Below are positions 8,507-19,200 of a stretch of 32,000 bases of DNA, piece by piece. The notes beneath the pieces were generated by a model, which worked only from the letters and a program-made list of their open reading frames with translations, was not told the DNA's origin and made no database searches. This DNA is from Propionibacterium freudenreichii subsp. freudenreichii (GTDB lineage Bacteria > Actinomycetota > Actinomycetes > Propionibacteriales > Propionibacteriaceae), in NCBI RefSeq assembly GCF_000940845.1, contig NZ_CP010341.1, positions 60,001-92,000 on the forward strand. The letters run 5' to 3'. Made by a program: the position numbers and the translations under genes. Position 1 is the first letter of the stretch. Every line of letters begins with the position of its first letter.

Positions 8507-10428
8507 AACGAGGAATGGCTGTGAACCATGCGGGTCTGTCGCCGGTGGCGGTGGTGGTGTCGCTGTTCAACCCCCCACCGCAGGTCGTCGAGCGGTGCGC
8601 GGGTTGGGTGCAGTCGATCGGGCCGGTGTTCGCCGTGGACGACGGCTCGCCAGACCCGGCCGTGCACCGCGTGCTCGATGCGCTGGTGGCGCACGGCGTC
8701 ACGGTGCTGGTGAACCACCGCAACGAGGGGATCGCCCGGGCCCTCAACGTGGGCATATCCCGCGCCCTGCGCGATGTCGCACCCGCGTGGATCCTGACCA
8801 TGGACCAGGATTCCGAACTCGGTGACGGCTATCTCGCGGCGGCGCAGGCCACGTTGGCCACGGCCCGGCGAAAAGACCGGGTGGGCATGCTGTGTGCGGA
8901 GTGGATCGGTGACCTGCGCGCTCCCACGATCCGCAGCCGCGGCGTCGTCGAGGTACGTGAGCCGATCCAGTCGGGCATGCTCATGCGGGTCTCCATGCTC
9001 CGCCAGCTTGGCCTGTTCGATGAGTCATTGTTCATCGACGCGGTGGACACCGACTTCGTGGCGCGGGCGCGGCAGCGGCGATGGAGCGCGGTGCCGATCG
9101 TGGGTGGGCACCTGCACCATGCGCTGGGACAGACCGTTCCGGTGACGGTGCGGGGTCGGCCGTTGACATGGCGTGGACGGCAGCGCCACATCACCTACCA
9201 CCCCCCATTGCGCAGCTACTACACGGCGCGCAACCAGCTGCACCTTGCCGGACGCTATGCGTTCAGGTGCCCGGGGGTCCCGCTGCGGACCTATGCCACG
9301 CAGGCCACCATCCTGGCCTCGCTCGCGGCCTTCGCCCGGGACCGTCGGCTGCAGTGCACGGCGCTCGGCCTGGGGGTCCGCGACGCGCTCCTGGCCAGGT
9401 ATGGCTCGATCGGCATCGGGGCGTCCCGGGCACTCGGCCTGCCGGAACCCGGCGCCAACCCCGCCCCCGGTGCGGTGCCACGGAACTTCGAACGCCAACC
9501 GGTGGTGGCCCAGATACTGCTCAGCACCTGGAACGGGCAGGAATACGTGGCCGAGTTGCTGGAGAGCCTGCTGCGCCAGGAGACGCAGGCGCAGGTGCGC
9601 ATCCTGGTGCGGGACGACGGGTCCACCGACGACACCCTCACGGTGCTTGACGGATTCGCCGAACGGGACCCCCGGATCACCGTGGTCAGGGGCGAGAACC
9701 GCGGTGTCGACCGATCGTTCCATGCGCTCATGCAGATGGCTGATCCCGACGCGGACCTGTACTTCTTCTGCGACCAGGACGATGTCTGGTTCACCGACAA
9801 GGTGCAGGCGGCAGTGGAGGCCCTCAGCGACCAACTGGGCCTGTCCGACGCGTCCGGTGGTCCGCGCCCGGCGCTGTACTGCTCGCGCTCCATGGTCACC
9901 GATTCGTCGTTGGAGCCCATCGGCCCGACGCGGGACTACGAGCGCGCCTCGCTGGCGCATGCCCTGGTGATGAACATCGCGCCCGGCCACACGATGGCGC
10001 TGACCGCACCGCTGCTGCGGCTGGTGCGCGATCATTTCGATCCCGACAAGATCATGGTCTTCGACCACTGGATCTACCTGGTGGCGGCGGGCCTGGGCAG
10101 TGTGGTCTTCGACCACACCTGGCACACCTGGTACCGCAATCACGATTCGAATGCCATCGGATATTCGGTGAAGGACTCATGGTCCACCCGCATCGCCGCG
10201 GTGCGTGAGGCGGACTTCGGCGCCTACACCCGTCAGGCGGCACAGTTCGAGCGGGATTTCGGAAGCCAGCTCCATGGGCGTCGGGCGGCCCGGCTGCGCG
10301 GGTTCGTCCACCAGGGATCGCTGCTGTCGCGGCTGCGCTATGTGCGTCGCTTCGGGATCGAGCACGGCTCAACGCTCGCCTCGGTGAGCGCGGCCGTGCT
10401 GTTCATCGTGGGCAGCTACCGGCCCTGA
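8503..10428 (+). CDS. Two-domain glycosyltransferase (GT2 + GT2), candidate polymerase or bifunctional transferase
   Basis: 641 aa. Domain 1 (aa ~13-290): VAVVVSLFNPP, AVDDGSPD, TMDQDS, FIDAVDTDFVARA (L-rhamnosyltransferase-like GT2). Domain 2 (aa ~335-600): ILLSTWNGQEYV, LVRDDGSTDDT, FFCDQDDVW. The GTG at 8503 overlaps the upstream stop (GTGA). The GTG at 8521, with GAGGA 6 nt upstream, is an alternative start. Confidence 0.85.
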   Translation: MKRGMAVNHAGLSPVAVVVSLFNPPPQVVERCAGWVQSIGPVFAVDDGSPDPAVHRVLDALVAHGVTVLVNHRNEGIARALNVGISRALRDVAPAWILTMDQDSELGDGYLAAAQATLATARRKDRVGMLCAEWIGDLRAPTIRSRGVVEVREPIQSGMLMRVSMLRQLGLFDESLFIDAVDTDFVARARQRRWSAVPIVGGHLHHALGQTVPVTVRGRPLTWRGRQRHITYHPPLRSYYTARNQLHLAGRYAFRCPGVPLRTYATQATILASLAAFARDRRLQCTALGLGVRDALLARYGSIGIGASRALGLPEPGANPAPGAVPRNFERQPVVAQILLSTWNGQEYVAELLESLLRQETQAQVRILVRDDGSTDDTLTVLDGFAERDPRITVVRGENRGVDRSFHALMQMADPDADLYFFCDQDDVWFTDKVQAAVEALSDQLGLSDASGGPRPALYCSRSMVTDSSLEPIGPTRDYERASLAHALVMNIAPGHTMALTAPLLRLVRDHFDPDKIMVFDHWIYLVAAGLGSVVFDHTWHTWYRNHDSNAIGYSVKDSWSTRIAAVREADFGAYTRQAAQFERDFGSQLHGRRAARLRGFVHQGSLLSRLRYVRRFGIEHGSTLASVSAAVLFIVGSYRP

Positions 10429-11693
10429 TCCCCGTGGTGGGTGGCAGCCCCGGTGCCCACGTCGTAGCGGGCACGCAGCACCCGCAGGGCGGGCAGCACG
10501 GTGGCCGCCATGATCACCGCCTCGCTCAGCGCGAGGCCGGCGGCGATCCCGGCCGCGCTGTGGTGCAATCCGGCGAACACCATCGCGATGATTCCGAAGA
10601 GCGCGGCAACCGACGTTGCCAGCAGGACCGTCCTCTGTCGTCCGTTGGGCACCAACAGGTTGCGCAGGAACGGCGTTGAGGCCGAAATGAACAGGAACGC
10701 CAGCGCGTACCAGGACGTGAGTGCGAAGCCGGCGGCGACCTGCGGGCCGAACAGCACCTGGGTGGCCCACGGTCCGAGCAGCGCGATGCCCACTGCGCCC
10801 AGGAGGCCCAGGAGCAGGTGCAGGGCGATGGCCGCGTGGTGGCGCCTGCGCCCGGACGCACCCTCCACCTCGAGGGTCCAGCCCTGCAGGGCATTCCCCA
10901 GGGCGGTCACGGCGAACAGCGCATAGCGGTAGAGCTGGTCGGCAGAGGCGAAGCGGCTCGAATCGATGCTGAGCAACAGCGCCGTGGCGATGGGCACCGG
11001 GGCATAGGCGTAGGCAACCCCGACGAGGCTGGCCGACGCGATCGACGTCATCGATCGGATCGAGCGCCATGCGTCCCCGAGGCTCACGGGTGAGGAGGGG
11101 GCGGTGGTGATCACGCGTCGTGGGAACAGCCACAGGGCGACCAGGATTGCGATGATCAGGAGCACGGGGTAGGCGATCATCGACCGCGTCCACAACATGA
11201 TCGGCACCGAGACGATGGTGCCGATCACCCGCGGCAGGGTGTCGTAGAGGCCGAGTAGCTTGGGCCGGCCCACCCCGATGCAGAACCACTGGGGCGACAG
11301 GGCCCCCATTGTGAATGCGCACGCCACGAGTGCCGCGGGGAGTCGGACGGAGGCCGGCGCGAGCAGCAGCGTGACCACCACGGTGGCCGGCAGCACGAAG
11401 GCCAGCATGAGCAGGCGGCTGTAGACGCTCTCGGTGTACAGGCGGGAGCGTTCGGCCTCGGAGGCCTGGGCCACCATGGCGGGCCCCACATAGCTCCAAC
11501 CCCAGGTGGCCAGGCTCATGCCGAATGTGCCGATGGACATGGCCGCGACAACGCCCGACCAGCCGTCGCCCACGAAGCGCGCGATGATCGGCGTCGCCAC
11601 CAACGGAGTGACCAGCGACAGCAGCGGCCAGCCGGTGAAGCCGGCGAGCCGACGCACCACCTCGGTGGCGGCGCCCGCGTTGTCACGATTCAC
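10416..11693 (-). CDS. Polytopic membrane protein, MOP/Wzx-like oligosaccharide flippase (tentative)
   Basis: 425 aa with a GTG start. About 12 hydrophobic segments run across the whole length, with short loops and no soluble domain, which matches Wzx-type flippases in size and layout. Its 3' end overlaps the convergent two-domain GT gene by 13 nt (10416-10428). Confidence 0.55.
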   Translation of the reverse strand: MNRDNAGAATEVVRRLAGFTGWPLLSLVTPLVATPIIARFVGDGWSGVVAAMSIGTFGMSLATWGWSYVGPAMVAQASEAERSRLYTESVYSRLLMLAFVLPATVVVTLLLAPASVRLPAALVACAFTMGALSPQWFCIGVGRPKLLGLYDTLPRVIGTIVSVPIMLWTRSMIAYPVLLIIAILVALWLFPRRVITTAPSSPVSLGDAWRSIRSMTSIASASLVGVAYAYAPVPIATALLLSIDSSRFASADQLYRYALFAVTALGNALQGWTLEVEGASGRRRHHAAIALHLLLGLLGAVGIALLGPWATQVLFGPQVAAGFALTSWYALAFLFISASTPFLRNLLVPNGRQRTVLLATSVAALFGIIAMVFAGLHHSAAGIAAGLALSEAVIMAATVLPALRVLRARYDVGTGAATHHGDQGR

Positions 11694-11889
11694 TCAGTCA
11701 CTCTTTCGGCTCGGGACGCGCCGCAGGTGTGCCCGTGTGGTGGTCATCGGGCGCCAACATGGCACTCGGGACGCGAATCGTCGTCACGTGTGCAGCGCGT
11801 GCGTTGACAATATCAGCGCGCCAGGATGCGGCACGCGGGCGCCTTCGTGGCCGGTGGGACAGCCCACGAGGCTGCGGCTGCGTCCCCGG

Positions 11890-11961
11890 CAGGGTGCCCT
11901 GCCTCTCCCACAGGGTGCCCTACTTCTCCCAGAGGGTGCCCTATTTCTCCCACAGGGTGAT
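11890..11961 (-). repeat. 21-bp tandem repeat (about 3.4 units) reiterating the last codons plus stop of the GT-C gene
   Basis: Minus strand reads ATC ACC CTG TGG GAG AAA TAG (11961-11941, gene end) | GGC ACC CTC TGG GAG AAG TAG (11940-11920) | GGC ACC CTG TGG GAG AGG CAG (11919-11899) | GGC ACC CTG CCG (11898-11887). Confidence 0.9.
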
Positions 11962-13472
11962 GGTGTGCCCCTGCGGCACGCCGCTCTTCGCGTAGACGCT
12001 GTGGTAGCCGAGCTCGGCGAGTTGGGAACCGTACACGGCGCGCCGGGTGTGCCAGGAGGCAACCCAGATGCGCGGGGGAAGCCATTCCTGGGCGGCCAGG
12101 TTGAGCTCCGGCGGGTCGTGCGCCCAGGCGAAGTCCAGGGGTGGCTTGGTCGGCTGGGCCAGGTCGATGAGCGTCGAGAAGGCGCCCGGATCCACCGAGA
12201 CCGCGCCGCGATAGGAGAAGACCCAGTCCTGGATCGGGTCGATCAGGAAGCCATCCCCGGCCCGGGCGGATTGCCGCATGACCCTGGACATCAGGTTGTA
12301 ATCGGTCCCCGAAGCCTTCGCATAGGTACGCTGCTGGAACCCGAACAGGGTGAGGGAGCCCACCATCAGGAGGATGACCAGGCCCCGTATCCAGCGTCGC
12401 TGCGCATGGATCGCCAATTCTGCAAGGGCCATGGCGAAGAAAGGTGCCACCGGCGTCAGATAGCGGCCCTGCAGCACATTGGTCCACACCAGGGAGGCGA
12501 TCCACAGGATGCCCACCCCGGTGGCGACCGGGACCAGGGCAAACGCCAGCCGGCGTAGGTGCCGGCCGCGGGACTCGACGACGACTGCGATCAGGAGGAT
12601 GGCGGCAACCACCGCCATAGCTGCGGCAATTGCATCGGGCACCCTGTCCGATATCTCCGGCACCGGAGGGGTTCGTGACGCGGCCCAGGACTGCACCAGG
12701 GCTGTCTCGATGAGGGAATACTTCTCGCTGGCCAACCATCCGATCTGGCCCAGTTGGCGTGAGGTCGCCACGCCGAACGGCGCGACCAACGCGGCGCTGA
12801 CGATCCCGGCGGCGGCGAGCATCCATCGTCGCCTGCCCTTGGTGAAGAACCAGGCGGCAGCAACCAGGCCAGCCATGGGAAGCGCCGCATACAGGTGCAC
12901 CAGCATCGCGGCCGCAATGGCCAGCACAAGGCCCACCCAACGCAGCCACGAGGGGCGCCGGCGATAGACCACCACGAGCAACAGTGCGAGCGCCGCGAAC
13001 ATCGACGACATCGCATAGGGCCGTGCTTCGATGGCCATGAGCAGTGTGCGGGGGAGCAGTCCGTAGGCGGCCGCATAGGCGAGTTGCCCCCGTCGGCCGA
13101 CCAGTCTTCGTCCCACGCCCGCCATCGCCATCGTGCCACACCGGCAGCGATCACGCTGGGCAGCCGCAGCGTGAAGGGCGTGATGCCGACCAGGTCGACC
13201 CACCAGTGCACCACCTCGTAATAGGCGGCATGGACCATGTCGGACCCGGACGGCAGCGTCGGAATGCCCTGCCACATGCTGGCCATGTCCCGGCTTGAAT
13301 AACTCACGACGTGTGCCGTGGCGACCTCGTCCAGCCACGGCGATACGCGCCAGGCGCCAACCAGAGTGAGAAGAACCACGACCAGCCCCAGGACCGCGTC
13401 GCCCCGCACACTCTGCGGCACGAGACGCTGCACCACTCCGATTCTCGTGGGCGATGCTTCGTTCCGGGGCAT
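11941..13472 (-). pseudogene. GT-C (GT39/PMT_2/ArnT-like) membrane glycosyltransferase, about 509 aa if joined; reading frame broken near 13130-13145
   Basis: The N-terminal 112 aa in the frame of ORF 12591-13472 look genuine (WRVSPWLDEVATAH...HAAYYEVVHWWVDLVGITPFTLRLPSVIAAGV, including the loop-1 DE motif and the RLPS motif typical of GT39/ArnT-like enzymes). The rest continues in the frame of ORF 11941-13338 (TMAMAGVGRRLVGRRGQLAYAAAYGLLP...). The offset again fits a 1-nt deletion. Confidence 0.65.
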
Positions 13473-13555
13473 GACGACAAGACTAGTTGTCGCAGCGGTA
13501 TATCAGTGGGCGGCGCGCAAGCGCATCACTCGCTCATGCCTGGCCTCGAAATGAT

Positions 13556-13567
13556 TCTGGTACCAGA
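13556..13567. promoter_or_regulatory. Perfect 12-bp palindrome TCTGGTACCAGA in the low-GC gap upstream of the GT-C gene (candidate operator)
   Basis: The palindrome is read directly from the sequence. It is flanked by ATGATTC (13551-13557) and TTGATTC (13580-13586). It lies in the 154-bp gap between the rmlCD stop (13627) and the GT-C start (13472). Confidence 0.3.
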
Positions 13568-13626
13568 TTGTTGGGGATATTGATTCGGATCTACCGCGAC
13601 TGGCAAACAGCCGTTCATATTCCCAA

Positions 13627-15087
13627 TCAATCAGGGCGGTTCACTGTCGGCTGTTGTCCGGACCCGTCCCGGCGCAACTGCGCCACATAGGCGTCCAGGC
13701 GCTCCTCCATGGAGGGCGGACGGAAGCCGGTGGCCTCGATGCGGGTGAGGTCCAGCGTGCTGTCGGCGGGGCGCGGTGCGGCGTCCTTGCCGGCGAAGTA
13801 CTCCGCCGTGCTGATCGGTGACACATCCTGCGGGTCGTGGCCGCTCAGGGCGAAGACGCGCTTGGCCACCGCGGCCCAGCTCAGCGGGGTGCCCTCGTTG
13901 GACAGGTTGTAGGTGCCCCAGGCGGCGCCGTGGCGCAGCAGGTGGATGATGCCGGCGGCCAGGTCGGTGGTGAAGGTGAGGCGTCCCACCTGGTCGTCCA
14001 CCACCTTGGGGGCGATGCCGCGCCCGGCCAGGTCAACCATGGTGCGCACGAAGTTCTTGCCCTCGCCCACCACCCAGCTGGTGCGCACCAGGTAATGCCT
14101 GGGCGTGGCGGCCACGGCGGCGTCGCCGCCGGCCTTCGACTGCCCGTAGACGCCCAGGGGGCTCGGCATCTCGTCCTCGCGATGCGGTGCCCGGGTGCCG
14201 TCAAAGGTGTATTCCGACGAGATGTGCACCAGCGTGAGCCCGTGCTCGGTGGCAACCCGGGCGAGGTTTGCCGGCCCGGTGGCGTTCGCGGCCCATGCCC
14301 GCGGCCTGCCCTGGGCGGTCTCGGCACCATCGACGTCGGTCCAGGCCGCCGCATTCACGATGACGTCGACGGTGCTCCAGTCGTAGGCGTCCACACTGGC
14401 CCGGTCGGCGATGTTGAGCTTGTCGAGGTCGACGCCCACCGGGAGGAAGCCGGCATCGGGCAGCTGCGCCATGAGCGCGCGTCCCAGCTGGCCGTGGGCA
14501 CCGGTCACCAGCACCCTCGGCATCGCCGGGGGGAAGGGCGTCACCGCGTCGAGGCGCGGATGGGCGCGGTCCTTGTCCGACAGGATCGCGTCGTCCAGCG
14601 CAATGGGCCAGTCGATGGCCACGGTCTCATCGGCCAGGTTGAGGAAGGTGTACTTCGCCTCGGGCGACCAGTGCGCATTCACCAGGTAGGTGTAGGCGGT
14701 GTTCGGCTCCAGCGTCTGGTAGGCGTTGCCCACGCCCCGCGGCACGTAGACGGCCACGCCGGGATCGATCTCGCAGGTGAACACGGTGCCGAAGCTGGGA
14801 CCCTCGCGCAGGTCCACCCAGGCGCCGAAGACGCGGCCGGTGGCCACCGAGATGAACTTGTCCCAGGGCTCGGCATGGATGCCGCGGGTGACGCCCACCT
14901 CATCGTTGAACGAGATGTTGTTCTGCACCGGGCCGAAGTCGGGCAGACCCAGCGCGGTCATCTTGGCGCGCTGCCAGTTCTCCTTGAACCAGCCCCGGTT
15001 GTCGCCGTGCACGGTGAGGTCGAACACCAGGAAGCCCGGAATCGGGGTGGTGGTGGCGGCCAGCTGCTTCTCGTGGTCAAGCGCCAT
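13627..15087 (-). CDS. rmlCD: Bifunctional dTDP-4-dehydrorhamnose 3,5-epimerase / dTDP-4-dehydrorhamnose reductase (RmlC-RmlD fusion)
   Basis: 486 aa from ATG 15087 (MALDHEKQ...), 4 nt after the rmlB stop. The N-terminal half is an RmlC cupin (HGDNRGWFKENW, GIHAEPWDKF). The C-terminal half is RmlD (VLVTGAHGQLG Rossmann motif, NAAAWTDVDGAE, YGQSKAGGD). The tracked ORF extension to 15297 is junk that overlaps rmlB. Confidence 0.9.
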   Translation of the reverse strand: MALDHEKQLAATTTPIPGFLVFDLTVHGDNRGWFKENWQRAKMTALGLPDFGPVQNNISFNDEVGVTRGIHAEPWDKFISVATGRVFGAWVDLREGPSFGTVFTCEIDPGVAVYVPRGVGNAYQTLEPNTAYTYLVNAHWSPEAKYTFLNLADETVAIDWPIALDDAILSDKDRAHPRLDAVTPFPPAMPRVLVTGAHGQLGRALMAQLPDAGFLPVGVDLDKLNIADRASVDAYDWSTVDVIVNAAAWTDVDGAETAQGRPRAWAANATGPANLARVATEHGLTLVHISSEYTFDGTRAPHREDEMPSPLGVYGQSKAGGDAAVAATPRHYLVRTSWVVGEGKNFVRTMVDLAGRGIAPKVVDDQVGRLTFTTDLAAGIIHLLRHGAAWGTYNLSNEGTPLSWAAVAKRVFALSGHDPQDVSPISTAEYFAGKDAAPRPADSTLDLTRIEATGFRPPSMEERLDAYVAQLRRDGSGQQPTVNRPD

Positions 15088-15091
15088 GGTG

Positions 15092-16099
<1,008 letters not shown>

Positions 16100-16162
16100 C
16101 TAGCAATCAGGGCCTTCACCGAGCTGGCACGATCTCCCGCCCGGCGAACGGGGACAGATGTG

Positions 16163-16201
16163 GATGGGGCCGGGCAGTCGCAATGACTGCCCGGCCCCAT
16201 C
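16163..16201 (-). terminator. Perfect 17-bp stem / 5-nt loop hairpin downstream of the LGFP-GH73 gene (intrinsic terminator without a U tract)
   Basis: GATGGGGCCGGGCAGTC (16163-16179) and GACTGCCCGGCCCCATC (16185-16201) are exact reverse complements. The hairpin lies 20 nt after the stop at 16221. No T/U run follows on either strand. Confidence 0.6.
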
Positions 16202-16220
16202 TGCGTGAGTATGGCGTCGA

Positions 16221-19200
16221 TCAGACGTCGTACTGATAGAGGTTGTAGCGATCCATGATCGAGATGATCTTGTTCGCATAGGTGGGATCGGTGGCATATC
16301 CGGCAGCCGCGATCGCCCGCACGAAGTCCCGATCATTGGTGGTCAGGAAGGCCGGGTAATAGCGGTTGGCCGAGTTGCTCGGATCGCCCAGGCTCAGGAA
16401 GAAGCCATGGTCGAGGAAGGAATCACCCGGGCTGTTGTAGCTGCGGAAGCCCGCCTGAATGGTGACATAACCGCCATTCACCCACTCGCTGGTCGAGTAC
16501 GAGGTGCACCCCGAGACGAAGGGGCTGCCGTAGGCAGGGCACTTGATGCCGAAGTAGTTGTTGTCCACTGCGGTCAAGCTGCTCTGGCCCCAGCCACTCT
16601 CGATGATCGACTGGGCAATCGACACGGCAGCCGGAACCCGATATCGGCGCTGCTCTTCCTGGGCGAACCCAGCAACCCATCGGATATAGCCGGCCTCGTC
16701 ACCCGCGGCTGGCTTGGAGCCGCCCGTATTGACCACATTGACCACGGTGCCACCGGAGTTCTTCCAGGCGATAGTGCCATTCTGGAAGGTCTGGATGGTG
16801 CCGTCGTCGGTGGGTGCCTCATCGCTGGTGGGGAAGCCTAGTGCGCCATCGGACGCACCCCAGGCGAAGTAGGTTGCTCCGACGGCGCCGCGCACCGCAT
16901 AGGCGTAGTTGTTCGGTCGCCAGTAGATGCGTCCGCCCTCGAAATCTTGGGAGACGCCGCCATTGATAGCGGCCTCGCCGGCACGGGGGAACTGAAGCAG
17001 GCCTGAGGATGCGCCAAGCTTGAGATACTCGTCAAGCATCGCGCCACGCACAGTGGCGTTCCCAAGGCCGTCCTTCCAGTAGATGCGCCCGCCTTGGAAC
17101 ACCTGGTAGCTCCCTCCGTCGGCGCTGATCTCGCTGCTTGTCGGCAGTCCGAGTAGTCCGGTTGACGCGCCTTGGTTGATGTAGGAGTCGCCGATGCCGC
17201 CGCGCACCATATGGCCACCAGTTGGGCCGCTCCAGTAGATGCGGCCGCCCTGGAACTGCTGGTACCAACCGTTGGGCAGGGTGATCTCGTTGCTCGTGGG
17301 CAATCCGAGTAGGCCGTAGGCTGAGTTGCCCATTGCTGTGAAGGTGTCGCCGATGCCTCCCTTGACCACATTGACCACGGTGCCACCGGAGTTCTTCCAG
17401 GCGATAGTGCCATTCTGGAAGCTCTGGATGGTGCCGTCAGCGGTTGGATTCTCATTGCTGGTGGCAAAGCCCAGCGCGCCGCTCGAACCACCCCATGCGT
17501 CATAGGTGGCTCCGATGGCGCCGCGCACCAGGTAGGCATAGCTGTTGGGATGCCAGTAGAGGCGTCCGCCCTCGAAGTCCTGTAGGGCGCCGCCAGCGAT
17601 GGCGACCTCTCCTCCCCGCGGGAAGGCGAGCAGGCCCGACGACGCATTCATGCTGAGGTAGGCGTCAAGCATCGCGCCGCGCACGGTGCCGCTTCCCAGT
17701 CCGTCCTTCCAGTAGATGCGACCACCCTGGAAGACCTGGTAACTCCCCCCGTCCGCACTGATCTCGCTGCTGGTAGGCAGGCCGAGCAGACCGGTTGAGG
17801 CACCCTGGTTGACATAGGAGTCCCCGATGCCGCCCCGCACCATATGACCACCGGTCGGACCGAACCAGTAGATGCGGCCGCCCTGGAACTGCTGGTACCA
17901 ACCGGCAGGCAGGGAGACCTCGTCGCCAGTGGGCAGGCCGAGCAGCCCATAGGCCGAGTCGCCCATTGCCGCGAAGGTGTCGCCGATTCCGCCCTTGATG
18001 GCGTGTCCGCCGGTGGCGCCGCTCCAATAGATGCGGCCGTTCTGGAACTGCTGCATCCATGCACCATTGCCGAGGCTGAGTTCACCACTGACGGGGGCGC
18101 CGAGGGTAGACAAGGCGGATTCCCCGAGCGCCGCGAAGGTGTCGCCAATGCCGCCCTTGACGAGAATGCCGGCAGTGGGATAGCTCCAGAAAATGCTTCC
18201 GTTCTGGAAGTGCTGGAACCAGCCATTGGAAAGAACCGTCTCGTCGCCGGTGGGCAGGCCGAGCAGCCCATAGGCCGAGTCGCCCATTGCCGCGAAGGTG
18301 TCGCCGATTCCGCCCTTGATGGCGTGTCCGCCGGTGGCGCCGCTCCAATAGATGCGGCCGTTCTGGAACTGCTGCATCCATGCACCATTGCCGAGATCAA
18401 CTTCGTCGCCGGTGGGCATGCCCATGGCACTTGGCGCGCTTGCCATGGCTGCGAAGGTGTCGCCGATGCCGTTATGCACGATGCGTGCACCGCTCGCCTG
18501 GCTCCAATAGATGAGTCCGCGCTGGAACTGCTGGTACTGGGAGCCATCGGCCAAAGTAGTTACCTGCCCAGAGGGCAGACCAAGACTTGCTGGCCCATCA
18601 GTGCCGAGGCTGGCATAGATCGCACCGATATTGCCATGGACAACGACTCCAGCGGTGGCATAACTCCAGAAGATGCTGCCCTTCTCAAACTGCTGTGCCC
18701 ATCCATTCGCAACCGCAGCCTCGTCGCTTGTGGGGAGTCCCAGATCAGCGAACGCGGAGGAACCCAGGGACGTGTAGGTGTCGTTGATCCCACCGTGGAC
18801 GATATGGGCTCCAGTGGTTGGCGACCAGAAGATGCGGCCGCTCTGGAAGCTCTGCATTACGCCACTTCGAACGGAGACTGGGTCAGCCGTGGGCAACCCG
18901 AGATAGCTGTATGCCGAATCCCCAAGTGCCGCATAGGCCGCTGCAATATCGCCGTTGGTGGCGTGTCCGCCAGTGGCTCCGCTCCAGAAGATGCGGCCGT
19001 TCTGGAACTGCTGCACCCACATGCCGTTGCCGAGATCCCTCTCGTCGCCCGTGGGCAGTCCGATATCGGTGAGCGCAGAATCACCCATCGCAAAGTAGAC
19101 ATCGCCGATGCCGCCCTTGATGGCATGCGCGCCGGTGGCCTGCGACCAATAGATGCGTCCGTTGGCGAACTGCTGCCAGGCGCCGCCCCCGCTGAGGGCA

